The notes beneath the pieces are model-generated. The model was not told the origin of the DNA. It searched no databases and saw nothing but the letters and a program-made list of their open reading frames with translations. Below are positions 1 through 9,913 of a stretch of DNA of 64,000 nucleotides, piece after piece (the first letter of the stretch is position 1; every line of letters begins with the position of its first letter). This stretch comes from Nitrospirota bacterium. Its GTDB lineage: Bacteria; Nitrospirota; UBA9217. The stretch spans positions 1,312,001 through 1,376,000 of the forward strand of contig OY760142.1 of NCBI GenBank assembly GCA_963663225.1. Direction: 5' to 3'. A program made the translations under genes and the position numbers.

Positions 1-769
<769 letters not shown>

Positions 770-853
770 TGAATCAGGACGACTAGTAAAGCATCCTGCA
801 TCATGAAAGCTATCGGCTGAATAAAATTGAGCGCAGAGGATTTAAAGAATAAC

Positions 854-1282
854 ATGGTCGCCGAAAAAGGAAAAATGCTTCTTGAGATTGTTGCGCCGAG
901 CCGTCAAGTGGTGCGATCGGAGCGTGTGGATGAAGTCATCGCTCCAGGCAGCGAGGGAGAATTTGGCGTTTTGCCGGGCCACATGCTCTTTCTGACTACC
1001 CTCAAGATCGGGATGCTCTCATACCGCGAAGGAACTCAGTGGCACCATCTTGCGATTGATTGGGGTTATGCCGAGGTAGGTCCGGACCGGGTTGTTATTC
1101 TGGCTGAAGGTGCTGATCGCGCATCCGAGATTGATCTTGCGGAAGCCAAACTCATGAAAGAACGGGCTGAAAAGGCCCTTGCGGAAAAACATGACCAGCA
1201 GGATTTGGAAAAGGCACGCATCGAACTTCTTCGGGCTTTGATCAGAATACAGGTAGCGGAGAAGCATGAAGCGGTAAAATAG
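854..1282 (+). CDS. atpC: F0F1 ATP synthase subunit epsilon
   Basis: GSEGEFGVLPGH motif, directly follows atpD; ATG 854 chosen over TTG 827. Confidence 0.95.
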   Translation: MVAEKGKMLLEIVAPSRQVVRSERVDEVIAPGSEGEFGVLPGHMLFLTTLKIGMLSYREGTQWHHLAIDWGYAEVGPDRVVILAEGADRASEIDLAEAKLMKERAEKALAEKHDQQDLEKARIELLRALIRIQVAEKHEAVK

Positions 1283-1321
1283 CGCAGATACAAATAAATA
1301 GATTGCACCAGATATATTGCT

Positions 1322-1363
1322 AAAGGGCTGATTTGATTTTGAATCAGCCCTTTTTATTTTTTT
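1322..1363 (+). terminator. Rho-independent terminator of the atp operon
   Basis: AAAGGGCTGATT/AATCAGCCCTTT stem followed by a T-rich tract. Confidence 0.85.
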
Positions 1364-1718
1364 AAATAGCGAATTGCAGCAAAGTGCATCAAACTGCAAT
1401 TTTCAGAAAATCTGCATTAAACACGCTAATGCCCTTGTAATTGTCAGTCATTTATGGTATTTAAGTTACGGTTCATTTCTTATACGTATATTTACCATCG
1501 CAAATAAGTTCCCTTACTGTGAAAATACAAATAGCTGCATGGACGCAATAAACACATGCGGCCCTTCAGTCGGCTAAAATGACTGATGATGGCGCGATGC
1601 ATGCGTAGCCCTGTCCGAGGTTTGCAGTGGTTCCCGATGTTTCGTTGAGTTCCTGCGTGGTATTGCCGAAACTGCATCCTTATCACGTTGCGGAGAAAAA
1701 ATATAGGAGTGTCATCAA

Positions 1719-2264
1719 ATGATCTTCAAATGTCCATTTAGTCGGTACTCCGTATTTACAATCTCGCTAAGCGCACTGTATATTCTTGCAGCCTTCGTTC
1801 TCGGTTGCAGATCCTCCTCCCCCGGAATTGATACAGCAGATAATCCTTCGCAGTCAAAAAATGGAAAAATATATTCATCACCAGCAGTGAATGAAGGCGT
1901 TTCTCTACGGGTTTTGTGGACAGTCAGCGAATATAAGCTGGGAGCGGCGGCTGTTTTGACTAAAAAAGAAGCGGATGCACTGCTTTTTAAACCCTTAAAC
2001 ATGGATGCAAACTCAATTATTTTTGCAGGGAAAAACTGTAGTAAAGTAACTTTTAAAAAAGAAACAGTAGCTGCGAGAGAATATTTCGAAACTACATTTC
2101 ATATCACACCGGAAGCGCTGGGCATTACGCATAAAACAGTAGAGCTGATTAAAACCGACTGTGATCTCCCTGGTTTCGCCGAATTCGTTCGCTTAAGTGA
2201 TAGACAATTGGTGTTGTATATAAAAGGCGTTTTTTTCTTCCTTAAGCCTGCCGTCGCTTACTAA
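1719..2264 (+). CDS. hypothetical lipoprotein
   Basis: 181-aa ORF, AGGAG RBS, hydrophobic N-terminus ending in a VLGC lipobox. Confidence 0.7.
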   Translation: MIFKCPFSRYSVFTISLSALYILAAFVLGCRSSSPGIDTADNPSQSKNGKIYSSPAVNEGVSLRVLWTVSEYKLGAAAVLTKKEADALLFKPLNMDANSIIFAGKNCSKVTFKKETVAAREYFETTFHITPEALGITHKTVELIKTDCDLPGFAEFVRLSDRQLVLYIKGVFFFLKPAVAY

Positions 2265-2339
2265 TGGCAGGTTGAAGTTGCATGTTTCGGCTTTTTCTTA
2301 TGCCAAATCTTTATAGACTATGAAATAAATTATCGTAAC

Positions 2340-2394
2340 CTGTTGAACCGTATTCAAGTCCGGATTTTCTCAGCTGTCGGTGCGAGGTAACCAT
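2340..2394 (+). promoter_or_regulatory. shared upstream motif, copy A
   Basis: CTGTTGAACCG-N7-GTCCGGATTT-N3-CAGCTG-N12-AACCAT; matches copy B at 4559-4613. Confidence 0.6.
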
Positions 2395-2457
2395 CCTATC
2401 GACAATATAAACACATACAGCATGTAGTGAAAAGCTGCTTAAAACTAGGGGGGGAGT

Positions 2458-4515
2458 ATGGTTAAAAAAAGTTTTAAGGCGTTTTACATCGTCGCGGTTT
2501 TTGGCATATTATTCACACTTACTATTTGGATAGCCTCTGCCAATGAATATTCCGGGCCGAGAAAACTGGTACCGCAACTTTCCAGTGACGGCAATACGCT
2601 ATTCAACGGTCTCCCCCCCGTAGTTTACCACACAGACCCTAATCCATCGGCAGCCAAAATGCGCATTCCTTCACCCTCAAGCCTGACCACGCTGCCAGAA
2701 AAGGCCACAGCAACTTTTTCCATCACGTATGTTGCTAATGGTGGGACAGATCCTTGGAGCGCAAGTTGCACAACATTTCCTGAAGAAGCGAAAGCGGCTT
2801 TTAACGCAGCAGCAGCCATTTGGGGAGGGCTTTTGAATTCCTCTGTACCGATAACGATAAGCGCATGCTGGTCGAACTTGGGTTCCAGCAGCATATTAGG
2901 TTATTCTGGCGGCGCCCCTCTTCGTCGGGATTTCAGCGGTGCTCCTCTTGCAAATACCTGGTACGCAGGGTCACTGGCTAATGCGCTTGCTGGCACCGAT
3001 CTCGACCCGACTGAGTACGATATGCACATTACGTATAATAGCAATTTTACCTGGTATTACGGAACAGACGGTCTGACACCTACAGGTCAATATGACTTAA
3101 TGTCAGTGGTTCTGCATGAAATAGCACACGGTCTTAACTTTAGTGGTTCAATGGACTACAGCGGAGGAAGTGGTTCCTGGGGTTTATTAGGATCTCCTAG
3201 TATATATGATACGTTTGCGAGAGATGGAACCGCTAATCCAGGCAGCCTACTGATCGACACAACTGTCTATAGCAATCCATCTACTGCATTAGGAAACGCT
3301 TTGACCTCTGATAACATCTGGTTTCACGGTACGAACGCCATGGCTGCTAATAGTGGCCAGCGCATCAAATTATATGCTCCTTCCACATGGTCGTCCGGCT
3401 CCAGCTACTCTCACTTGGATTATGCAACCTTCAGCGGTACAGTGAACAGATTAATGGTGTATGCCATTTCAGATGGCGTATCAATACACAACCCCGGCCC
3501 GATTGTGCTGGCCATGCTGCAGGACTTGGGCTGGCCTACAAGTGCCGATGTTAGTCTTACCATGACGGGTACACCTTCCACCCTGAATGTTGGAAATATC
3601 ATCTTATACAGAATCACTATTTTGAATAATGGACCTCAGAGTGCAGCAAATGTTACAGTAACAGATATCCTACCAGCCGGCGTAACTTATGTAGGTGCGG
3701 TAACCGCCAGGGGATCCTGCAGCGAAGCCGGGGGTACAGTCTCGTGCAATATTGGAGCAATAAGCAATGGTTCGACTGCAACAATAACCGTAACAGTGAG
3801 AACAACCGCAGCAAATGCAACCCTTTCCAATACAGCCACGGTTACAACTTCCGTGACGGATTCGAATTCTGCAAATAACACCGCAACAGTCAATACAGTA
3901 GTAAATAATCCAACACCGATCATCAGCAGGCTGAGCCCAATCTGGTCAGCTCCTACCTACTCGGGAGGAACGGCATTTACTTTAACGGTTACCGGGAGCG
4001 GTTTTGTGAATGGGTCACAGGTACAGTGGGGCAGAGGAACCCCCGGCTATCGCACGACGCATTTTATTTCCCAAAATCAGGTCACCGCTGATATCTTGGC
4101 TTCGGATATTACAACGACTGGTACCGCCATCGTCAACGTTGTAAATCCGACCCCCGGCGGAGGGAGCTCAAATAATGCAACTTTTACAATCAGCACAACT
4201 GCACCATCTTCCGGTGGTGGCAGCTCAGGGAGTGGAAGCGGAGGCTGTTTCATTGCCACGGCGGCCTATGGTTCTTCAATGGCTGAAGATGTGCAATATT
4301 TACGGGGATTTCGAAATGAATATCTCCTTACCAATTCAGTAGGTCGTAAATTTGTAGAGCTGTACTATCGATATAGTCCTCCCATAGCAGAATACATTCG
4401 CCAACATGATAATCTTCGTACGGCAGTGCGGTGGATGCTATCACCCTTGGTTAAGCTCAGCAAGCTTTTGGTGAGTGACGAGGCTGCAAAAAAACAGACA
4501 GAAGACAACCCGTAA
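2458..4515 (+). CDS. secreted zinc metalloprotease (HEXXH) with DUF11-like and IPT/TIG-like domains and a C-terminal CFI-box-CTERM domain
   Basis: signal peptide; [11 protein letters not shown] and GSSYSHLD motifs; [19 protein letters not shown] (DUF11-like); Gly/Ser linker then [12 protein letters not shown]...[13 protein letters not shown]. Confidence 0.85.
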   Translation: MVKKSFKAFYIVAVFGILFTLTIWIASANEYSGPRKLVPQLSSDGNTLFNGLPPVVYHTDPNPSAAKMRIPSPSSLTTLPEKATATFSITYVANGGTDPWSASCTTFPEEAKAAFNAAAAIWGGLLNSSVPITISACWSNLGSSSILGYSGGAPLRRDFSGAPLANTWYAGSLANALAGTDLDPTEYDMHITYNSNFTWYYGTDGLTPTGQYDLMSVVLHEIAHGLNFSGSMDYSGGSGSWGLLGSPSIYDTFARDGTANPGSLLIDTTVYSNPSTALGNALTSDNIWFHGTNAMAANSGQRIKLYAPSTWSSGSSYSHLDYATFSGTVNRLMVYAISDGVSIHNPGPIVLAMLQDLGWPTSADVSLTMTGTPSTLNVGNIILYRITILNNGPQSAANVTVTDILPAGVTYVGAVTARGSCSEAGGTVSCNIGAISNGSTATITVTVRTTAANATLSNTATVTTSVTDSNSANNTATVNTVVNNPTPIISRLSPIWSAPTYSGGTAFTLTVTGSGFVNGSQVQWGRGTPGYRTTHFISQNQVTADILASDITTTGTAIVNVVNPTPGGGSSNNATFTISTTAPSSGGGSSGSGSGGCFIATAAYGSSMAEDVQYLRGFRNEYLLTNSVGRKFVELYYRYSPPIAEYIRQHDNLRTAVRWMLSPLVKLSKLLVSDEAAKKQTEDNP

Positions 4516-4558
4516 TTGTTTTCGCAAGTTGTGTTTTTTTAATCTATTTAAATGACTA

Positions 4559-4613
4559 CGGTTTAACCGAAAATTTTGTCCGGATTTAACCAGCTGCATT
4601 TGTTCACAACCAT
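4559..4613 (+). promoter_or_regulatory. shared upstream motif, copy B
   Basis: CGGTTTAACCG-N8-GTCCGGATTT-N3-CAGCTG-N11-AACCAT; matches copy A at 2340-2394. Confidence 0.6.
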
Positions 4614-4634
4614 TTTACGAATACGGGGGGTAGC

Positions 4635-5534
4635 ATGAAACGCATTATGCTTGCGGGTACGTTGGTTTTTGCGGCAGTGGTTTTACTCACCGGGTGCGGT
4701 GGCAGCGGTAGCGGGAACAATGTGACAGGAGAGTCATGGAGCGGCACCGACAGCTATGGAGTGATAGCGTTTACGGTGTATACAGATGGTACTATGTCGG
4801 CAAATGGTACGATAACAGGAGGAAGCAGCCGCTCGGGATATGGCACCTATACGAAAAACAACGGAACAATAACAGGTACTTTCAGTACCAGCGGAAGCTG
4901 CACTGGCCCGTTTTCAGCCACGGTTTCTGGAAATACAATGTCCGGAAGTTATAGTGATAATTGCGGGCACACAAGTAGCTTTTCGACAACCTTGGCGACT
5001 GTCCGTGACCGTTCCTGGCAGTCTGATGGAAATGGGTTTCTGCAGTTTATCACAAGCAATCCAGATTATTACAACTACGGGCTATGGTATCCTTTGAATG
5101 CAACATACCAAGCTCAAATGTCAACTGTGACAGCGACAATAAAAAAGCGGTCAGGTTCTCAAACAAGCGGATACGGGATAGTCTTTTGCTACCAAGACAC
5201 CAATAACTTTTACAATCTTCTCCTTGATACGCGGGGACATTTCCTAGTCAGGGAAAAAGTTGCAGGAAATTATAGTACGATTATTCCCTGGACAACATCC
5301 GGGTCTTTGAATACTGGCTATGATATTACAAACGAAATAAGTGTTGTTCAGCAAAGCCTGCATACTTTTACGATATATTTCAACGGGATACAGGGCGTAT
5401 CATTCAGTGATAGTCACTTCACAGGAGGAAGTGGAGGTTTTTATGCGACTGTCCACGACCAAACTGATGAATATTTCCCAGGGTTGCCGGTGGATATTCG
5501 ATTTAAAATGAACGCACCCATAATATATCCTTGA
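4635..5534 (+). CDS. hypothetical beta-rich lipoprotein, possibly with a lectin-like C-terminal domain
   Basis: LLTGC lipobox, Gly/Ser/Thr-rich N-terminal half, GYGIVFCYQDTNNFY beta-sandwich-like C-terminus. Confidence 0.75.
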   Translation: MKRIMLAGTLVFAAVVLLTGCGGSGSGNNVTGESWSGTDSYGVIAFTVYTDGTMSANGTITGGSSRSGYGTYTKNNGTITGTFSTSGSCTGPFSATVSGNTMSGSYSDNCGHTSSFSTTLATVRDRSWQSDGNGFLQFITSNPDYYNYGLWYPLNATYQAQMSTVTATIKKRSGSQTSGYGIVFCYQDTNNFYNLLLDTRGHFLVREKVAGNYSTIIPWTTSGSLNTGYDITNEISVVQQSLHTFTIYFNGIQGVSFSDSHFTGGSGGFYATVHDQTDEYFPGLPVDIRFKMNAPIIYP

Positions 5535-5616
5535 CTGCGGCAGTCAGGACAAGAGCGTAGTTGGAAACTCATCGCGGTACTGATTCCCCCTGCCCATAAT
5601 CAAGGGCATAATGCTC

Positions 5617-5648
5617 ATGGCGGCCACAAACGGCTGCCATTTTTGTTT
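5617..5648 (+). terminator. Rho-independent terminator
   Basis: ATGGCGGCC-acaaac-GGCTGCCAT followed by TTTTGTTT. Confidence 0.7.
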
Positions 5649-5671
5649 GAACGAGCAATGTGCTAAAATTC

Positions 5672-5700
5672 TTGCTAAATTCGTGAAATTAGAGTACATT
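5672..5700 (+). promoter_or_regulatory. putative sigma70 promoter of skp-rdgB
   Basis: TTGCTA-N17-TACATT. Confidence 0.4.
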
Positions 5701-5789
5701 AGACGTTCTTACGCGCTTGAAGTTCGATTGAAAAACGTCCTAAATTCGGAAATAACGATCAAACCATGATCTGACAAACGGAGGAAAAA

Positions 5790-6302
5790 ATGAGGAAGGT
5801 TCTGGTATCAATAATTGTTTTTATGTTCATGACAGCCGGTCTTGCCTTTGCGCAAGAAAGCGTTAAGATCGGATATGTTGATATGAAAAAAGTGATGAAC
5901 GACTGCAAGGCTGGAAAGGCAGCGTTAGACAAACTGGAGAAGAACGCTAAGGAAAAGCAGACAAAGATCGACAAGGAAAAAAAGAAGCTTGAAACAATGC
6001 AGGCAGATTTTGAGAAGAAGGCGGCAGGACTTACGGACAAGGAACGCCAAAGCAAGCAGAAGGATTTCCAAGACAAAGTCCAGGCGTTTCAGAAGATGGT
6101 CAGCCAGTCCCAGCAGGAGTTCAATGAAATGCAGGCTGAATACACAAAAAAAGTTTTTAACGATATGAAAGCAGCAATCGCGGGCATAGCTAAGGCAGAC
6201 AATTACACCATTATTATGGAAAAAACCGACACGTCAGTTTTGTATGCAAAAGACGGCATTGATTTGACTGAAAAAGTAATGGAAAAAATGAACGCAGAGT
6301 AG
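5790..6302 (+). CDS. skp: OmpH/Skp family periplasmic chaperone
   Basis: signal peptide, KIGYVDM motif, coiled coil, DLTEKV C-terminus; GGAGG RBS. Confidence 0.9.
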   Translation: MRKVLVSIIVFMFMTAGLAFAQESVKIGYVDMKKVMNDCKAGKAALDKLEKNAKEKQTKIDKEKKKLETMQADFEKKAAGLTDKERQSKQKDFQDKVQAFQKMVSQSQQEFNEMQAEYTKKVFNDMKAAIAGIAKADNYTIIMEKTDTSVLYAKDGIDLTEKVMEKMNAE

Positions 6303-6315
6303 TTTTGTTTCTGCA

Positions 6316-6951
6316 ATGAATATTGAAATAGTTCTCGCAACCCGAAATAAAAACAAAGTAGCTGAAATCAAACAGATAACAAGCGGTCTGCCGATTATTC
6401 TGCAGTCTCTCGATGACTTCCCCCGATGTCCGGAGGTGGTAGAAGACAAAGACACCTTTGAGGGAAACGCCTTGAAAAAAGCTATCGAGGTTTGCCAATA
6501 CACCGGCAGACCAGCACTGGCAGACGATTCGGGGCTTGAAGTAGATTGTCTGAACGGCAGCCCTGGAGTCTATTCATCGCGATATGCCGGTGGTCCAGGC
6601 CCAGGCAGTGATGCAAAAAACAACGAAAAGCTTCTTGCAGAATTGAAAGAAGTTCCTGATGCCCGGCGAGGAGCACGGTTTATATGCTGCCTTGCTTTGG
6701 CGGTTCCCGGTGGCCCCGTCAAAACGTTTTCTGGGTATGCTCCGGGAAGTATAAGCCGTGAACCAAGAGGGACGAACGGTTTTGGCTATGATCCGGTGTT
6801 TATCCCGGAAGGTCATTCCAGGACTTTTGCTGAAATGTCCAGGGAGGAAAAAGACACCCTCAGCCACCGGGGGCAGGCACTAAAAAAGATGAGAGATTTT
6901 CTTGCTGCAAAGGTTTTGGAGCAGGGGAAAAAGCAGGCAGATTTGTCATAA
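6316..6951 (+). CDS. rdgB: XTP/dITP diphosphatase (RdgB/HAM1 family)
   Basis: LATRNKNK, ADDSGL, GFGYDPVF and SHRG motifs. Confidence 0.95.
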   Translation: MNIEIVLATRNKNKVAEIKQITSGLPIILQSLDDFPRCPEVVEDKDTFEGNALKKAIEVCQYTGRPALADDSGLEVDCLNGSPGVYSSRYAGGPGPGSDAKNNEKLLAELKEVPDARRGARFICCLALAVPGGPVKTFSGYAPGSISREPRGTNGFGYDPVFIPEGHSRTFAEMSREEKDTLSHRGQALKKMRDFLAAKVLEQGKKQADLS

Positions 6952-6969
6952 AAAATTTAAAATTCACGG

Positions 6970-6998
6970 TTGTCATCTTCAAGAAAATAGTGTATGAT
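6970..6998 (+). promoter_or_regulatory. putative sigma70 promoter of hppA
   Basis: TTGTCA-N17-TATGAT. Confidence 0.55.
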
Positions 6999-7057
6999 GC
7001 GCCGTTTTCGAGCACTAGTTTTACACATCACTACTATAAACGATCAGGAGGAAATCA

Positions 7058-9127
7058 ATGAGCAGTATACTTCTTTTTGCTTTGCTTTGCGGACTGGCCG
7101 GCGTCGCGTACGCCATAGGGACCGCGAGCTGGGTAAACAAGCAGGATGCGGGAAACGCCCGTATGAAGGAAATTTCGGACGCTGTAAAGGAAGGTGCGTA
7201 TGCGTTCCTTTCACGTGAATACAAAACCGTTGCCATTGTTGCCATTATACTGGTGATTCTTTTGGCCGTTGTCCCGGGTCTCGGCATATGGGCGGCGATC
7301 GGTTTTATCATCGGTACCGTGGGATCGGCTCTTGCCGGTTTTATCGGTATGTGGGTGACGGTGCGTGCCAATGTACGCACGGCCCAGGCTGCAAATAAAG
7401 GTTTGCAGGCAGCCCTCACTCTCGCATTTAAGGGCGGTTCCGTCACGGGTATCATGGTCGTGGGACTCGGCATCATCGGTCTCGCTGGTTTCTATTTTAT
7501 AGCCAAAACAGCAGCGCCGGCGGAAGCATTTCACGCGCTTGTTGGACTCGGCTTTGGGTGCTCGCTGATGAGCGTGTTCGCCCGTATCGCCGGCGGCATT
7601 TATACAAAAGCCGCTGACGTCGGAGCAGATCTTGTGGGAAAAGTCGAGGCCGGCATTCCGGAGGATGATCCCCGGAATCCTGCCGTGATCGCGGACAACG
7701 TAGGAGACAATGTGGGCGACTGTGCGGGCATGGCAGCCGATCTTTATGAAACCTATACCGTGACGCTTGTGGCAGCAATGCTGCTTGCAAAAACGATCTT
7801 TGGCGAGTCGAGCAGGTGGATTGAATTTCCGTTGCTGCTGGGTGGAATTTCAATACTGGCTTCCATCATCGGGACCTATGCGGTGAAGCTGGGCAAAAAC
7901 AACTATATTATGGGTGCCTTGTATAAAGGACTTGCCGTTGCCGGCGTGCTGGCGGCGGGCGCATTTTTATATGCATCCGGGGTATTTATTGAGAGCCTGA
8001 CAGGAGCGGATGCCGGAGTATTTACCAAATGGACAGTATTTTTCACGGCAGTGATCGGACTTGCTTTGACTGGTTTAATCGTCTGGATAACCGAATACTT
8101 TACTTCACAGACCTTCGGACCGGTTAAACACATTGCCGAAGCAAGCCAGACAGGACATGCAACGAACATTATAGCCGGGCTCGCTGTCAGCATGAAGTCC
8201 ACCGGCATGCCGGTGATTGTCATTGTTGCCTCCATCCTTGGCGCGTTTGCCCTGGGCGGCGGTTTTTGCGGAAATCCCGGCGGTGGATTGTTCGCTATTG
8301 CACTTGCCGCTGTTTCGATGCTTTCCATGACCGGCATCGTAGTTGCCATTGATTCCTATGGACCGATTACGGACAATGCCGGCGGAATTGCAGAAATGTC
8401 AGAGCTTCCGAAAAACGTGCGTGAAATTACCGACCCTCTCGACGCAGTGGGGAATACGACCAAGGCCGTGACGAAAGGGTATGCGATCGGTTCAGCCGCG
8501 CTCGCCGCGCTCGTGCTTTTTGCCGAATATTCCCGCTCATTTGGCACGGATGTGAAGGTTCTTTTTGATCTGTCGAACCCCATGGTTCTTGCCGGATTGT
8601 TCATCGGCGGTTTGCTGCCATACTATTTCGGATCGCTGCTTATGGAGGCTGTCGGAAAGGCGGCGGGTGGCGTTGTTGAGGAAGTGCGCAGACAGTTCCG
8701 CGAAATTAAGGGCATTATGGAAGGCAAGGCCAAGCCTGAATACGGAAAATGTGTTGATATTGTGACGAAAGGCGCCATCAAACAAATGATGGTTCCCGCC
8801 CTCATTCCCGTAGTCATTCCGGTGGTGGTCGGGCTGACTCTGGGCCGCGAAGCGCTCGGCGGCGTCCTTATTGGAAGCATTATTACCGGTTTGTTCCAGG
8901 CCATAGCCATGACGAGCGGCGGCGGAGCATGGGACAATGCAAAGAAGTATATTGAAGACGGCATGTACGGAGGAAAGAAAAGTCCAGCGCACCAAGCGGC
9001 AGTGACCGGGGACACGGTTGGCGATCCCTACAAGGATACTGCCGGTCCTGCCATCAATCCGATGATCAAGGTCATCAATATTGTTGCTCTGTTGATCGTT
9101 CCGATTATGATCAGTTTAATGAAATAA
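7058..9127 (+). CDS. hppA: membrane-bound ion-translocating pyrophosphatase, K+-independent type
   Basis: [20 protein letters not shown] and [10 protein letters not shown] motifs; GNTTKA carries the Lys that marks K+-independence. Confidence 0.95.
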   Translation: MSSILLFALLCGLAGVAYAIGTASWVNKQDAGNARMKEISDAVKEGAYAFLSREYKTVAIVAIILVILLAVVPGLGIWAAIGFIIGTVGSALAGFIGMWVTVRANVRTAQAANKGLQAALTLAFKGGSVTGIMVVGLGIIGLAGFYFIAKTAAPAEAFHALVGLGFGCSLMSVFARIAGGIYTKAADVGADLVGKVEAGIPEDDPRNPAVIADNVGDNVGDCAGMAADLYETYTVTLVAAMLLAKTIFGESSRWIEFPLLLGGISILASIIGTYAVKLGKNNYIMGALYKGLAVAGVLAAGAFLYASGVFIESLTGADAGVFTKWTVFFTAVIGLALTGLIVWITEYFTSQTFGPVKHIAEASQTGHATNIIAGLAVSMKSTGMPVIVIVASILGAFALGGGFCGNPGGGLFAIALAAVSMLSMTGIVVAIDSYGPITDNAGGIAEMSELPKNVREITDPLDAVGNTTKAVTKGYAIGSAALAALVLFAEYSRSFGTDVKVLFDLSNPMVLAGLFIGGLLPYYFGSLLMEAVGKAAGGVVEEVRRQFREIKGIMEGKAKPEYGKCVDIVTKGAIKQMMVPALIPVVIPVVVGLTLGREALGGVLIGSIITGLFQAIAMTSGGGAWDNAKKYIEDGMYGGKKSPAHQAAVTGDTVGDPYKDTAGPAINPMIKVINIVALLIVPIMISLMK

Positions 9128-9154
9128 CAAACCACTAAAACCACACATCTCACA

Positions 9155-9190
9155 AAGGGCCGTCCGGGGCATGGACGGCTCTTCTTATTT
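9155..9190 (+). terminator. Rho-independent terminator after hppA
   Basis: GGGCCGTCC/GGACGGCTC stem followed by TTCTTATTT. Confidence 0.65.
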
Positions 9191-9218
9191 CCAGGGGTTG
9201 TTAAAAACTCATTACAAT

Positions 9219-9746
9219 ATGGAAAAGAATTTACTTGCCAGCGCCGGTTGCTCGCCCGAAATCATTGCCCACAGCATACTCGTATCGGAAAAGGCGTGCG
9301 CTATTGCCCGGCGCGTAAACATAAATTATGATTATGCATTGATACGGCGTGGAGGTTTATTGCATGATATCGGCAGATCAAAAACGCATGGAATAGAACA
9401 TGCGCTTGTAGGCGCCGGCATTGCGAGGAGCTACGGCCTCTCTGAGGAACTAATTCGTATTATAGCACGTCATATTGGGGCCGGCATCACCGCCCACGAA
9501 GCGGAACGGCTTGGGCTGCCGAAAAAAGATTATCTGCCGCTGACACCGGAAGAAAAAATTGTTTCCTACGCCGACAATCTCACGTGCGGCGTAAGAGAGC
9601 TTTCATTTGCGGAAGCATTGGAACGCTTCAAAGCAATGCTTGGGCCTGCCCATGAGGGTATTGCCCTCTTTCTCAAACAGCATCATGAAATACGGTCCTG
9701 GATGCAGGAAGCGCCAGACGGAATGTCAGGTGAAAATTCACCTTGA
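9219..9746 (+). CDS. HD domain (HDIG) metal-dependent phosphohydrolase, TIGR00295-like
   Basis: LLHDIGR, HIGAG and EEKIVSYADNL motifs; start placed after the hppA terminator. Confidence 0.85.
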   Translation: MEKNLLASAGCSPEIIAHSILVSEKACAIARRVNINYDYALIRRGGLLHDIGRSKTHGIEHALVGAGIARSYGLSEELIRIIARHIGAGITAHEAERLGLPKKDYLPLTPEEKIVSYADNLTCGVRELSFAEALERFKAMLGPAHEGIALFLKQHHEIRSWMQEAPDGMSGENSP

Positions 9747-9782
9747 AAAAAGCACTATTTTTTTTACGCAGGCACATCTTTA

Positions 9783-9811
9783 TTGTCTGCCTACAGTGCT
9801 TATGGTATAAT
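9783..9811 (+). promoter_or_regulatory. putative sigma70 promoter with extended -10
   Basis: TTGTCT-N17-TATAAT with TG at the extended -10 position. Confidence 0.6.
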
Positions 9812-9913
9812 AAAAACACTCTTTTTCGAAACTATTCATCGGTTCCAATACTACACAAGTATGCCGGATGTTGATGCATTACGGTCGCTTGTTGTAGCCG
9901 GAGGTACTGTTCT

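Noticed and set aside
1495-1580. Possible c-di-GMP-I riboswitch (contains GGACGCAA)
   Set aside because: Lacks the GGCAAAC...GAAA P2 arm and the P3 consensus.
1583-1676. Hammerhead-like core words CTGATGA...GAAAC
   Set aside because: Stem II would close with a U-C mismatch, and no convincing stems I/III or cleavage triplet were found.
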